Below, piece after piece: positions 11,865-22,846 of a DNA stretch of 64,000 nt (its first letter is position 1; each line of letters starts with the position of its first letter). The notes beneath the pieces were generated by a model. The model was not told where the DNA came from. It worked only from the letters and a program-made list of their open reading frames with translations, and ran no database searches. Source of the DNA: Candidatus Latescibacterota bacterium (GTDB lineage: Bacteria > Latescibacterota > UBA2968 > UBA8231); contig OZ242318.1 of NCBI GenBank assembly GCA_965208105.1, positions 1,280,001 to 1,344,000 of the forward strand, written 5' to 3'. The translations under genes were made by a program, and so were the position numbers.

Positions 11865-13400
11865 CTATTTGTAGCGCTTCATTTCTCCGCGCTGCAACCT
11901 TCCCCAATACTCTTGCAGGCAGGCCTTTATCTGCGGGCTGAGGATGACGCCGCCAATGATGTTGGGAAAGGCCATGCTCAAAATGAGCATATCGGTAAAG
12001 TCGAGCACGTTTTTGAGCGTGACGACCGAGCCGAAGACGACGAAGACGACGAAAATGACCCGGAAGATCAGGTTGAAGCGACTGCCAAATAGATATTCCC
12101 ACGCCCGCTCCCCGTAGTACGACCACGAGATCATGGTCGAGTAGGCAAAGAGCATGACGCCAATGGCGAGGACGTAGCGGGCGCCGGGCAGGAACGAATC
12201 AAAAGCAGCCGAGGTCATTTTGGCCCCCACGACAAAGCCCTCACTCGCTTGGAACTGAGGATCGGTGTACACCCCGGTAATCATGCAGACCAAAGCGGTC
12301 ATCAAGCAGATCACGATCGTATCGATGAAGGGACCGATCATCGCGACCATGCCCTCGCGCGCCGGCTCGTTGGTCTTGGCGGCGGCATGAGCAAAAGCCG
12401 CGGAGCCAAGGCCGGCCTCATTGGAAAAGGCCGCGCGCTTGACGCCGACGATCAGGACGCCCAAAAAGCCGCCGTACAGGGCCTGGGGCGAGAAGGCTTC
12501 GCGGAAAATGGTCGCGATCATGGCGGGCACATCGCCGATGTGCGACAGAATGATGATGAGGGAGGCGGCCACGTAGAGCAGGCACATGAAGGGCACGATC
12601 CGCGAAGTGACGCGGCCGATCCGCTTGATGCCGCCGATGATGACCAAGGCGACCAACGAGGCGAAGATGAGGCCTAAGGCCCAGTTGTATTCCCCTACAG
12701 CCGGGGATACGGTGGTGAGGATCTCAACCGTTTGGTTGACTTGGAACATATTACCACCGCCGAGGGAGCCACCGATGGTGAAAATGGCGAACAAAATGGC
12801 GAAGACGCGGCCCAACGACTTGAGTCCTTTACCGGCAAGCCCGTGCTCCAGGTAGTACATCGGCCCGCCGGAGATGCGGCCGTCGGGGTGAATTTTGCGG
12901 TACATGACAGCTAGAGTACAAGAGGCGAGCTTGGAGGACATGCCGAACAAGGCGGTCAGAAGCATCCAGAAGACCGCACCCGGCCCGCCCAAGCTGACGG
13001 CAATGGCGACGCCGGCGATGTTACCGAGGCCGATGGTAGCCGACAGGGCGCTGGTGAGGGCCTGGAAATGGGAGATCTCGCCCGGATCGTTGGGATCGTC
13101 GTAGCGACCGCGGATGACGTCGATGGAATGGCGGATACCGCGCAGGGAGATCCAGCCGAAATAGAACGAATAGTAGATGCCGCCTAGGACGAGCACCCAG
13201 ATGATGAGGGGAATTTTCGTCCCCAGGTCGGCGAAGAGAACACCAGCCATCGCCGAGACGATGGAGCCGAACGCGGCATCCAAGTTGGCGATGGCCGCCT
13301 GAATCCAGTTTCCCTCAGCCGGGGAATCCTGTGCCAGAGAGGGAACGGCGATGCCCAGCATTGCCGCGATGGCCAGATACAGCTGTGAAATGCGCGTCAC
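11865..13400 (-). CDS. alanine/glycine:cation symporter (AGCS family)
   Basis: ISHFQAL, ATIGLGNIAGVA, GGPGAVFWM, GGPMYY, FSNEAGLGSA, FIDTIVIC. GTG start at 13400 with a GGAGGA RBS. Confidence 0.92.
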   Translation of the reverse strand: MTRISQLYLAIAAMLGIAVPSLAQDSPAEGNWIQAAIANLDAAFGSIVSAMAGVLFADLGTKIPLIIWVLVLGGIYYSFYFGWISLRGIRHSIDVIRGRYDDPNDPGEISHFQALTSALSATIGLGNIAGVAIAVSLGGPGAVFWMLLTALFGMSSKLASCTLAVMYRKIHPDGRISGGPMYYLEHGLAGKGLKSLGRVFAILFAIFTIGGSLGGGNMFQVNQTVEILTTVSPAVGEYNWALGLIFASLVALVIIGGIKRIGRVTSRIVPFMCLLYVAASLIIILSHIGDVPAMIATIFREAFSPQALYGGFLGVLIVGVKRAAFSNEAGLGSAAFAHAAAKTNEPAREGMVAMIGPFIDTIVICLMTALVCMITGVYTDPQFQASEGFVVGAKMTSAAFDSFLPGARYVLAIGVMLFAYSTMISWSYYGERAWEYLFGSRFNLIFRVIFVVFVVFGSVVTLKNVLDFTDMLILSMAFPNIIGGVILSPQIKACLQEYWGRLQRGEMKRYK

Positions 13401-13437
13401 TGAATCCTCCTGCTGTTGAGGTGGTGGGATGGGATTC

Positions 13438-14334
13438 TCATCGGGGCGGACTGCGCAGAATTTTTTGCAATTTCTGATAACTGTCTCCGTCCATATGCAC
13501 CGTATGGTCGGCGGTGGGGAACAAGCCACTCTCCACCTCCCGCCGGTACGACTGGAAGATGGCGGCCAATTCTCCCCGCAGGGATGCGTAGGACTTGGCG
13601 ATGAGCAAGCTCTCGCTGTTCAGGCCCATCAGGTCGTTGACGATGAGAATCTGGCCGTCGCAGTAGCGACCTGAACCGATGCCGATCACGGGTATGGCCA
13701 GGTTCTCGCTGACGGCCTGGGCGGCCTCCTCGGTAACCATCTCGAGCACCAGGCTGAAGACCCCCGAATCCTCGAGGCGGCGTGCTTCGTCGAGCAATGA
13801 CTTGGCACCCAGCGGTCCCTTGCCGTGGAATTTCGGCACCGTGCCGCGGCGCTCGCTGTAGAGATAGAACCCGCGGGTGCTGGACTGGGGGGTAAAACCC
13901 AGGTGCCCCACCGTGGGAATGCCGGCCTGGGCGAGGGCTTCCACCTGGGGCAGGATGGCCGTTCCGCCCTCGATCTTGACACCTTCCGCCCCCCCCTCCT
14001 GAAGCAGACGGGCGGCGTTGTCCATGGCTCTTTCCACGGAAGGCTGGTAGGACATGAAGGGCAGGTCGGCAAGCAGGAAGGCGCGCTGGACACCGCGCCG
14101 CACCGCCCTGGTGTGGTGCAGCATGTCGTCCATGGTAACCTGCTGCGGGCTGGAATAGCCGAGGACGTTCGTGCCGAGGGAATCCCCGACGAGAATGAGG
14201 TCCACCCCCGCCTGATCCTCGAGCAGGGCGGTGGGATAATCGTAGGCGGTCAGGGCACTGATCTTGTGCCCTTTCTTTTTCCTGGCATGGAGGTTGGAGA
14301 TGGTGACTTTGGAGGCGGGCGAATCGGAGGACAT
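13438..14334 (-). CDS. panB: 3-methyl-2-oxobutanoate hydroxymethyltransferase
   Basis: LTAYDY, LVGDSLG, ADLPFMSY, VKIEGG, GHLGFTPQ, IGIGSG..CDGQIL. Confidence 0.93.
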   Translation of the reverse strand: MSSDSPASKVTISNLHARKKKGHKISALTAYDYPTALLEDQAGVDLILVGDSLGTNVLGYSSPQQVTMDDMLHHTRAVRRGVQRAFLLADLPFMSYQPSVERAMDNAARLLQEGGAEGVKIEGGTAILPQVEALAQAGIPTVGHLGFTPQSSTRGFYLYSERRGTVPKFHGKGPLGAKSLLDEARRLEDSGVFSLVLEMVTEEAAQAVSENLAIPVIGIGSGRYCDGQILIVNDLMGLNSESLLIAKSYASLRGELAAIFQSYRREVESGLFPTADHTVHMDGDSYQKLQKILRSPPR

Positions 14335-14419
14335 TGGGCCACTCGGGTAAAGACGAAGAGCCTTGTTTGTGTCTATAGTATAGATTGGCCGGTTGTATCA
14401 AGCAAGCTTCCGAACCTTT

Positions 14420-14581
14420 GCGGCCCGTTGATAAAGTTGCTCTGCAGGCGAGGCCGAGGCATGGCGGTTGAAGGCAAGGCGTGCGGCCGAGGCGAATCGA
14501 GGGGATTCGGGGAGGGAGCGCAACGCCGTATTCGACCGCCAGGGCCGGCCGCAGCCCGGATGGACTTTTTCAACGGGCTGC
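14420..14581. mobile_element. MITE-like element with terminal inverted repeats (end type B)
   Basis: Left end GCGGCCCGTTGATAAAGT matches the reverse complement of the right end, GCAGCCCGTTGAAAAAGT (16/18); internal CAAGGCG...GCAACGCC core; no transposase. Confidence 0.7.
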
Positions 14582-14762
14582 CGGCAGGGTTCGGGATCGG
14601 GCGGGCGGCGAGGCGCCGAAACCTCAGGGCAACCGACGCGCCGCGGAGGCAGGCCGGGCGGGACCAGGTCGGCGGGCAGGATTGACCGCGGCCTCCCGCG
14701 AAACCACTTTCAGGGCGCGGCGGCAGAAAGGGTGGGGTGAATCTCCTCTTCGGGTAGATACC

Positions 14763-15929
14763 GTGGCAGATAAATTCGATTTCGTCGAGGCGGAGTTGGC
14801 CCGGCGCAGGGACTCACATCAGCTGAGACGGCTGCGGGCGGTGACGCCTGTTTCCGGGGTTGAAGTCCGCGCGGAGGGACGCTCCCTGGTCAATTTCTGT
14901 TCGAACGACTACCTGGGACTGGCGTCTCATCCCCGGGTAAAGGCAGGAGCGGCGAGGTTCCTGGAGGCATACGGGGCGGGGGCGACGGCTTCGCGCCTGT
15001 CAGGTGGTTCGCATCCGGGTTTCGAGCGCGTGGAGGAGAGGCTCGCGCACCTCAAAGGGGTGGAAAAGTCCCTGGTGCTGAACTCGGGTTTCCAGGCGAA
15101 TGTCTCCCTCCTGCCGGCGTTGGCGGACCGGCATTCCCTGATCCTGGCAGACCACTCGAATCACCACAGCCTGATCCAGGGTGCCCTCGCAAGCATGGCC
15201 AGGGTGCAGCGCTACCGGCACGGAGACATCGAGCATTTGCGCCGCCTGCTCGACAGGAGCCGCGGGCGGGGGTTCTCCAGGGTTCTCATCGTCACCGAAT
15301 CGGTCTTCAGCATGGAAGGAGACCGGAGCGACGTGGATGAGCTGGTCCGACTGGCCACTGACTTCCAGGCACTGCTGATCGTTGACGAGGCCCATGCCAC
15401 CGGCGTGTTGGGACCCCGGGGAATGGGACTGACCTGCGGCAAGGCGGTGGACCTGGTCATCGGCACCTTCGGCAAGGCCTGCGGGGGTTTCGGCGCTTAC
15501 ATCGCCTGCAGCGGGCGCCTTCGAGAGTACATCGTCAATTGCTGTCCGGGTTTCGTCTACTCCACCGCTTTGCCACCCGCCGTGCTCGGCGCCGTGGACG
15601 CTGCCCTGGAGTTGGTGCCGCAGATGGAAAGGGAACGCGGGGAGCTGCACGAAAAGGCCGAATTCCTGCGCCGGTCCTTGAAAGAGTTAGGTTGGAGCAC
15701 CGGAAATTCCACCACCCAGATCGTTCCCCTGATCGTCGGAGAGGAGAAGGGAGCCATGGCCCTGTCGAGCTGGCTGGAAGAGCATGGCGTTCTGGCAACC
15801 GCCATCCGCCCGCCAACGGTTGAACGGGGAAAGGCGCGAATTCGCCTTGGCCTTTCGGCCCTGCACTCATGGGAGCACATCGAGCACCTTGTCGGCCTGT
15901 TCAGGAGGTGGCGTGAAGGAACCGGTTGA
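14763..15929 (+). CDS. bioF: 8-amino-7-oxononanoate synthase
   Basis: NFCSNDYLGL, SGFQAN, TESVFSMEGD, DEAHATG, PLP lysine GTFGKA, AIRPPTV. GTG start inferred at 14763. Confidence 0.93.
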   Translation: MADKFDFVEAELARRRDSHQLRRLRAVTPVSGVEVRAEGRSLVNFCSNDYLGLASHPRVKAGAARFLEAYGAGATASRLSGGSHPGFERVEERLAHLKGVEKSLVLNSGFQANVSLLPALADRHSLILADHSNHHSLIQGALASMARVQRYRHGDIEHLRRLLDRSRGRGFSRVLIVTESVFSMEGDRSDVDELVRLATDFQALLIVDEAHATGVLGPRGMGLTCGKAVDLVIGTFGKACGGFGAYIACSGRLREYIVNCCPGFVYSTALPPAVLGAVDAALELVPQMERERGELHEKAEFLRRSLKELGWSTGNSTTQIVPLIVGEEKGAMALSSWLEEHGVLATAIRPPTVERGKARIRLGLSALHSWEHIEHLVGLFRRWREGTG

Positions 15930-16611
15930 AGTGGTCCTGCAGCACGGATGGGCCTGGGAGGCCGAATGCTGGTCCCCCTGGCGCGGGATCGTCCCGCGGA
16001 CCACCCGTCTTTCAGCGCTGGATCGAGGCTACTTCCAGCGCCCAGTGCAGGGTGGGGGCGCAAGGCCGCAGATCCTCGTGGCCCACTCCCTGGGCCTTCA
16101 TCTCCTGCCCCGCCACCTGTGGTCCACGACCGAGCTGCTGGTGGTCCTGGGCGGATTCCAGGCCTTTCACGCCGAGGCGGGACCGTCGGCCAGCAGATCC
16201 CGCCAGCTGGTTCGGCGGATGCTGCAGCGCCTGACCCGCGAGCCGGAAGCACTGCTCGAAGACTTCTACGCCAGGTGCTTCTCTCCCTCCCCCCAACGGC
16301 TGGAGGTGCCCGGGGTGCCGGACACCGGGTTGCTGCGAAAAGACCTGGAAATGCTGCACACGGAAAAACTTGATTTGCGGCGGATGGATTCCATCCCTCG
16401 CATCCTGTTGTTGCACGGCGGCTCGGACCTCGTCGTTCCCCCGCAGCGCAGCGAGGAGCTTCACCGCCGGCTGCGTCGCAGCTCGCTTGTCGTACTGGAA
16501 GATGCGGGACACGCCCTGCCCCTGACCCACGCGCGCGAATGCTGGAGGGCGATTGTGCGGGAATGGGCCGAAACCCGGCGGGACCCAGGCAGGGGGAAGG
16601 GCAGGCCGTGA
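15913..16611 (+). CDS. alpha/beta hydrolase, BioH-like pimeloyl-ACP methyl ester esterase
   Basis: QHGW, nucleophile AHSLG, HGGSDLVVP and AGHALP triad motifs; lies between bioF and bioD; AGGAGG RBS before GTG 15913. Confidence 0.75.
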   Translation: MKEPVEVVLQHGWAWEAECWSPWRGIVPRTTRLSALDRGYFQRPVQGGGARPQILVAHSLGLHLLPRHLWSTTELLVVLGGFQAFHAEAGPSASRSRQLVRRMLQRLTREPEALLEDFYARCFSPSPQRLEVPGVPDTGLLRKDLEMLHTEKLDLRRMDSIPRILLLHGGSDLVVPPQRSEELHRRLRRSSLVVLEDAGHALPLTHARECWRAIVREWAETRRDPGRGKGRP

Positions 16612-17246
16612 ATTTCCACTTTCCTCCCGCCCTCTTCGTCACCGGAACGGATACCGGCGTGGGCAAGACGGTCGTCGCAGCCATTCTGACCGCGGGATTG
16701 GACGGGACCTACTGGAAACCGGTGCAGAGCGGACTGGAAGGGGTTACCGATACCGAACGGGTGCGGCAGATGACCGCAATGGGAGAGGTCCACTTCGCCC
16801 CGGAAACCTATCGCCTGCGCCATCCTCTCTCCCCCCATGCAGCGGCTGAGCTCGAAGGAGTGAGGATCGAGTTGGATCGCTTCCAACTTCCCGCGCACCC
16901 CTCTTCGACCCTGATCGTCGAGGGGGCAGGAGGCATCATGGTGCCTCTCAACCAGGAGCACACCATGCTGGACCTCATGAAGCGGTTGCGGCTGCCCGTA
17001 CTGCTCGTCGCGCGCACCGCGCTGGGCACCATCAATCACACCCTGCTATCCATCGAACAGCTGCGTCGCAGCGGGCTCGAAGTGCTGGGAGTGGTGATGA
17101 ACGGCCAGCGCAACCACAGCAACAGGCAGGCGATCGAGCACCACGGCCAGGTGCACGTCCTGGCCCAGATCGAGCCCGTGGAGAACATTCACCAACGGTC
17201 CCTGTCCTCCCTCTTTTCCATCTACTTCGGGGCTCGCCGCCAGTGA
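16608..17246 (+). CDS. bioD: dethiobiotin synthetase
   Basis: FVTGTDTGVGKT, YWKPVQSG, VEGAGG, LGTINHTLL; GTGA overlap with the upstream gene. Confidence 0.95.
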   Translation: MNFHFPPALFVTGTDTGVGKTVVAAILTAGLDGTYWKPVQSGLEGVTDTERVRQMTAMGEVHFAPETYRLRHPLSPHAAAELEGVRIELDRFQLPAHPSSTLIVEGAGGIMVPLNQEHTMLDLMKRLRLPVLLVARTALGTINHTLLSIEQLRRSGLEVLGVVMNGQRNHSNRQAIEHHGQVHVLAQIEPVENIHQRSLSSLFSIYFGARRQ

Positions 17247-18544
17247 ACCGGACAAGGCCAAACCGGGATTCACGCGTCTGGATGCCGTTCACTCAGATGA
17301 AAACCGCCCCCGAGCCTCCGGTCGTGAGCCGCGGCAAAGGGGTGATGCTGGAGCTGGAAGACGGCCGCGCGGTTATGGATTGCATCTCCAGCTGGTGGGT
17401 AACCCTTCACGGACACGGTGAACCGCGCATCGCCGCCGCCATCGGCTCCCAGGCAAGGCAACTGGAGCAGGTGATTGCAGCGGGGCTTACTCACCGTCCG
17501 GCGGAGTTGCTGGCGCGGCGTCTGCTGGAAAGATTGCCCCGGTCCCTGAATCGCGTCTTCTACTCGGACAACGGCTCGACCGCCGTGGAAGTCGCGCTGA
17601 AGATGGCTTTTCAGTTCTGGAAGAATCGCGGCGCAAGCCATCGGACCCGGTTTCTTTCCTTTGAAGGCGCCTATCACGGCGATACCCTCGGTGCGATGTC
17701 GGTGGGAAGCCGATCGGTGTTCACCAGTGCATTCGAAGAACTGCTCTTCGAGGCCGACTTCGTGCCCTTTGCCGCCACCCACGCGGGGGATGTGATGGCG
17801 GAGGAGAAGGAATCCAGGTCCTTGGAGCACCTCGAAAACCTGCTGCGGGAGAAGGGCGATCGCTACGGGGCCATGATAATGGAACCACTCGTCCAAGGAG
17901 CCGGAGGCATGCGCATGTGCCGGGGTCCGTACCTGTGCAAGCTGGAAACACTGCTTCGCGAACACGGGATCCTGACCATCGCGGATGAAGTGATGGTGGG
18001 CTTCGGACGCACCGGGGAGTGGTTTGCCAGCGACAGGGCCGGTACGTCCCCTGACATCGCGTGCCTCGCCAAGGGACTGACCGGTGGATTCCTGCCCCTG
18101 GCGGCGACCGCTTGCAGCGAAGAAATCTATCAGGCCTTCCGCGGCGAGGACCCGAACCTGGCCCTGTACCACGGGCATTCCTACACCGCCAATCCCCTGG
18201 GGTGCGCAGCCGCGCTCGAATCCTTGCAGCTGCTGGCCGAGACGGAGGAGCGCTTCCGGCGAATGGAAGGCTGGCACCTGCAGGGGATGCGGGAACTGGA
18301 AGGAAGTCCCCGGCTGCGGCATTTCAGGGTCTGCGGAACCATTGCCGCCGTGGATCTTGCGATAGATGGCGAGGAGGGCTATCTCCACCACGCCGCGCCG
18401 CTGCTCAGAGAGCGCTTCCTGGAAAGGGGGTTTCTGCTGCGGCCAATCGGAAACGCGATCTACATCCTGCCCCCCTATTGCATCGAACGCGAGCAGTTGG
18501 AGGCGGTCTACGGGTGCATTCGCGAGGTTGTCGAGGAACTGTGA
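17243..18544 (+). CDS. bioA: adenosylmethionine-8-amino-7-oxononanoate aminotransferase
   Basis: WMPFTQM, SSWWVTLHGH, SDNGSTAVEVALKMA, YHGDT, DEVMVGFGRTG, AKGLTGG, HGHSYTANP. Confidence 0.95.
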   Translation: MNRTRPNRDSRVWMPFTQMKTAPEPPVVSRGKGVMLELEDGRAVMDCISSWWVTLHGHGEPRIAAAIGSQARQLEQVIAAGLTHRPAELLARRLLERLPRSLNRVFYSDNGSTAVEVALKMAFQFWKNRGASHRTRFLSFEGAYHGDTLGAMSVGSRSVFTSAFEELLFEADFVPFAATHAGDVMAEEKESRSLEHLENLLREKGDRYGAMIMEPLVQGAGGMRMCRGPYLCKLETLLREHGILTIADEVMVGFGRTGEWFASDRAGTSPDIACLAKGLTGGFLPLAATACSEEIYQAFRGEDPNLALYHGHSYTANPLGCAAALESLQLLAETEERFRRMEGWHLQGMRELEGSPRLRHFRVCGTIAAVDLAIDGEEGYLHHAAPLLRERFLERGFLLRPIGNAIYILPPYCIEREQLEAVYGCIREVVEEL

Positions 18545-18552
18545 AGCTCGAC

Positions 18553-18720
18553 CGGGTGTCCCGTCGCAGAGATAGGTTGACGAAATTGGACCACCGAGGC
18601 GCCCGGCTCACAAGGCGCCTGAGTGAGTCGTACCAGTGGTGTACGGCGAGTGAAGGCAACGCCGTGAGCCGGGATGGATCGGCGGAATAATGGCGACATA
18701 TTTCTGCGACGGGGCACTAG
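18553..18720. mobile_element. 168-bp MITE-like element (end type A), copy 1
   Basis: Ends TGTCCCGTCGCAGAGAT...ATTTCTGCGACGGGGCACTAG are inverted repeats; about 90% identical by manual alignment to the reverse complement of 26405-26572. Confidence 0.85.
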
Positions 18721-18900
18721 AACCCAGGCGTGCTCCGGTGCGGCTTCCCCAAGGAGACGATCATCGAGGAACGCAGGAGCAATGGTCGATGCCCGCCCGG
18801 GCCCAAACACACCCGGCGGCCGCGGAAAGGGATTGGGGAGGAGGGCGAGGGTTGGACAGGCTGGAGGGGCTTAGGACCGCGGTGGAGAATGTTCAGACCC

Positions 18901-19878
18901 TCAAAATCCCCCATCTCCGGCAGCGAGGGGAGGCCTGGGCCTGAGGTCCAGCAACCGGAGAAGGTCCGCGTCTTTCTCGGCCCCTGGATGGGGCGTCGTC
19001 AGGAGCCTGTCGCCGGAAAAAATGGAGTTGGCTCCGGCCAGAAAGCACAGGGCCTGTTCGGATTCGGAGAGCTGGTCCCTGCCCGCGGCAAGGCGCACCA
19101 TTGCCGTGGGAAGGAGGATGCGGGTCGAGGCCACCATGCGCAGCAGCTCCCAGACGGAGGTCCTCTCTCGGTCTTGCAGCGGGGTGCCGGCAATGGGAAC
19201 CAGGGCGTTGATGGGGACGGACTCCGGTGGACGGGCGAGGGAGGTGAGGGCGAGCAGCAAATCGATGCGGTCATCCGCGCTTTCCCCCATGCCCAGGATC
19301 CCGCCGCAGCATACGGAAATCCCCGCGTTGCCGACGTTGCGGAGAGTTTGCAACCTCTCCCCGTAGGTGTGGGTCCCGACGATGCTGGCGTAGTATTCTT
19401 CCCCGGTATCCAGGTTGTGATTGTAGGCGTGGAGGCCCGCATCCTTGAGCCGGTGGGCTTGCTCCTCGGTCAGCATACCGAGGGTACAGCAGACCTCCAG
19501 GCCAAGGGAGGAAACCTGCCGGACCATCTCGAGAGTGCGATCGAAGTCCGCGCCGTCGCGCACCTGTCTCCAGGCCGCGCCCATGCAAAAGCGGGTGCTT
19601 CCGTTCTCCCTTGCCTTGCGCGCGGCGTCCATTACCTCGTTCAGACCGAGCAGGGGCCCGCGCTCCAGTCCGGTATTGTAACGCGCCGACTGCGCACAGT
19701 ACCTGCAGTCCTCGGGACAACCGCCGGTCTTGATGGAGAGGAGGGTGCACACCTGGATTTCGCGAGGGTTGTGGTGCTCCCGGTGCACCACTGCGGCGCG
19801 GAAAACCAGGTCCAGGATGGGGCCGTGGTAGAGGCTCCTGATTTCCTCCCGGGCAGGTGTCTTCATCGTTGCGTTCAT
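18901..19878 (-). CDS. bioB: biotin synthase
   Basis: Radical SAM motif CPEDCRYC, FCMGAAW, YNHNLDT, CCGGILGMGE, PESVPIN, GANSIF. Start could be 19866-19884. Confidence 0.95.
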   Translation of the reverse strand: MNATMKTPAREEIRSLYHGPILDLVFRAAVVHREHHNPREIQVCTLLSIKTGGCPEDCRYCAQSARYNTGLERGPLLGLNEVMDAARKARENGSTRFCMGAAWRQVRDGADFDRTLEMVRQVSSLGLEVCCTLGMLTEEQAHRLKDAGLHAYNHNLDTGEEYYASIVGTHTYGERLQTLRNVGNAGISVCCGGILGMGESADDRIDLLLALTSLARPPESVPINALVPIAGTPLQDRERTSVWELLRMVASTRILLPTAMVRLAAGRDQLSESEQALCFLAGANSIFSGDRLLTTPHPGAEKDADLLRLLDLRPRPPLAAGDGGF

Positions 19879-20181
19879 CTGCACGGCGGCCGCCGGTTCA
19901 TGATGAAAGTTGAATTATTTCTCAAGTTGTCGTAAAATCTTGGACCGGGAATAAAGCAAGGTGATTTGCCGAGGGTTTGCAAGATTAATTAAATTAGCAG
20001 GTGGACGACAACAGGTTCAAATTCTAGGCCCCCAATTGCCGGCCTCCCATCTAATCCATTTTTCAACATATTAAAAAAACAACATGTTAAAATAAATTTA
20101 CGTCCCGTGTCCAGGGATCCTCTTCGGAGAAAGTCGGCAATTTACACCCCTCCCCGATTCCCCCCGTTTGATTGCTGGCAA

Positions 20182-20209
20182 TTGACTTTTTTTGAAACCG
20201 TCAGATATT
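20182..20209 (+). promoter_or_regulatory. possible sigma70 promoter of the nqr operon
   Basis: TTGACT-N16-GATATT in an AT-rich tract about 50 bp upstream of nqrA. Confidence 0.4.
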
Positions 20210-20253
20210 TCTATTTTTGTATTTTTTCAGGAATCCAGGCCGACACAACCTGA

Positions 20254-21611
<1,358 letters not shown>

Positions 21612-21612
<1 letters not shown>

Positions 21613-22823
21613 TGCAGTTCCTGAGAAGCTTCCTGGACTATGTAGAACCCCAGTTTAAAAAAGGCGGCAGGCTGGAGAGGCTTTACCCGGCCTACGAGGC
21701 GGTCGACACCTTCCTTTTCACCCCGGGTGAGGTAACCGGCGGCCCCTCCCACGTGCGCGATGGCCTGGATCTGAAGCGCATGATGATCACCGTGGTCGTC
21801 TCGCTGGTTCCCTGCATCTTCATGGCCATGTGGAACACCGGATACCAGATCCACCTGGCCATGGAGTCGATGGGGCTCGAATCCGCCGCCGGATGGCGTG
21901 GCGTCGTAATGGACGTTCTGGGATTCCCTTACGATTCCGGCAACTTTTTCTCCAATATCTTCCACGGCGCCCTCTATTTTCTCCCCGTGTTCCTGGTGTG
22001 CAACATCGTCGGCGGGACTTTGGAAGCCATTTTCTCCCTCATCCGCAAGCACGAGATCAACGAAGGATTTCTGGTCACGGGCATGCTCTTTCCGCTCACT
22101 CTGCCGCCCACCATCCCTTTGTGGCAGGTGGCCATGGGCATCGCCTTCGGTGTGATCATCGGCAAAGAGGTGTTCGGCGGGACCGGCAAAAACTTTCTCA
22201 ACCCCGCCCTGACAGGGCGCGCCTTTCTCTACTTTGCCTATCCCGCCGAGATAACAGGCGATGCCATCTGGGTAGCCGTCGACGGATACACCCGGGCCAC
22301 CCCTCTGGGTCTGGTGCCCGCCGACGGGATAGCCGCCCACACCGGCTCGATGAGCATGATGGAGGCTTTCCTCGGCACCATCCCGGGATCCATGGGAGAG
22401 ACTTCCGTCCTCGCCTGCCTGATCGGCGCGATAGTTCTCATCGCCACCGGCATCGGGTCCTGGCGCATCATGCTGAGCATGACCATTGGCGCGGTGGCCA
22501 TGTCCGCCCTGCTCCACGCCGTGGGCAGCGCTACCAATCCCATGTTCTCGGTGAGCCCGGTGTGGCATCTGTTACTGGGAGGATTCGTCTTCGGCGCTGT
22601 CTTCATGGCAACCGATCCGGTTTCGGCGGCAATGACGGATACGGGCAAGTGGTTCTATGGGTCGCTCATCGGGGTCATGACCATCCTCATCAGGGTAGTC
22701 AACCCCGCTTTCCCCGAGGGGGTCATGCTGGCCATCCTCTTCGGCAACGTTTTCGCTCCGGTAATCGATCACTTCGTAGTTCAGGCCAATATCAGGCGCC
22801 GGCTGCTGCGCACCGCCAACTGA
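21612..22823 (+). CDS. nqrB: Na+-NQR subunit B
   Basis: [31 protein letters not shown] site [22 protein letters not shown]. Confidence 0.95.
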
Positions 22824-22846
22824 GACTTATGAAAGAGGGTTGCTAA

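Noticed and set aside
18553-18720. Repeat as a CRISPR unit, tRNA or small protein gene
   Set aside because: Copies are dispersed with terminal inverted repeats, with no spacer array or cloverleaf; the shared peptide-like frames have no consistent start or RBS.
22281-22304. NqrB flavinylation motif reads TRAT instead of SGAT
   Set aside because: The acceptor Thr and upstream Asp are intact, and this position varies in NqrB/RnfD proteins.
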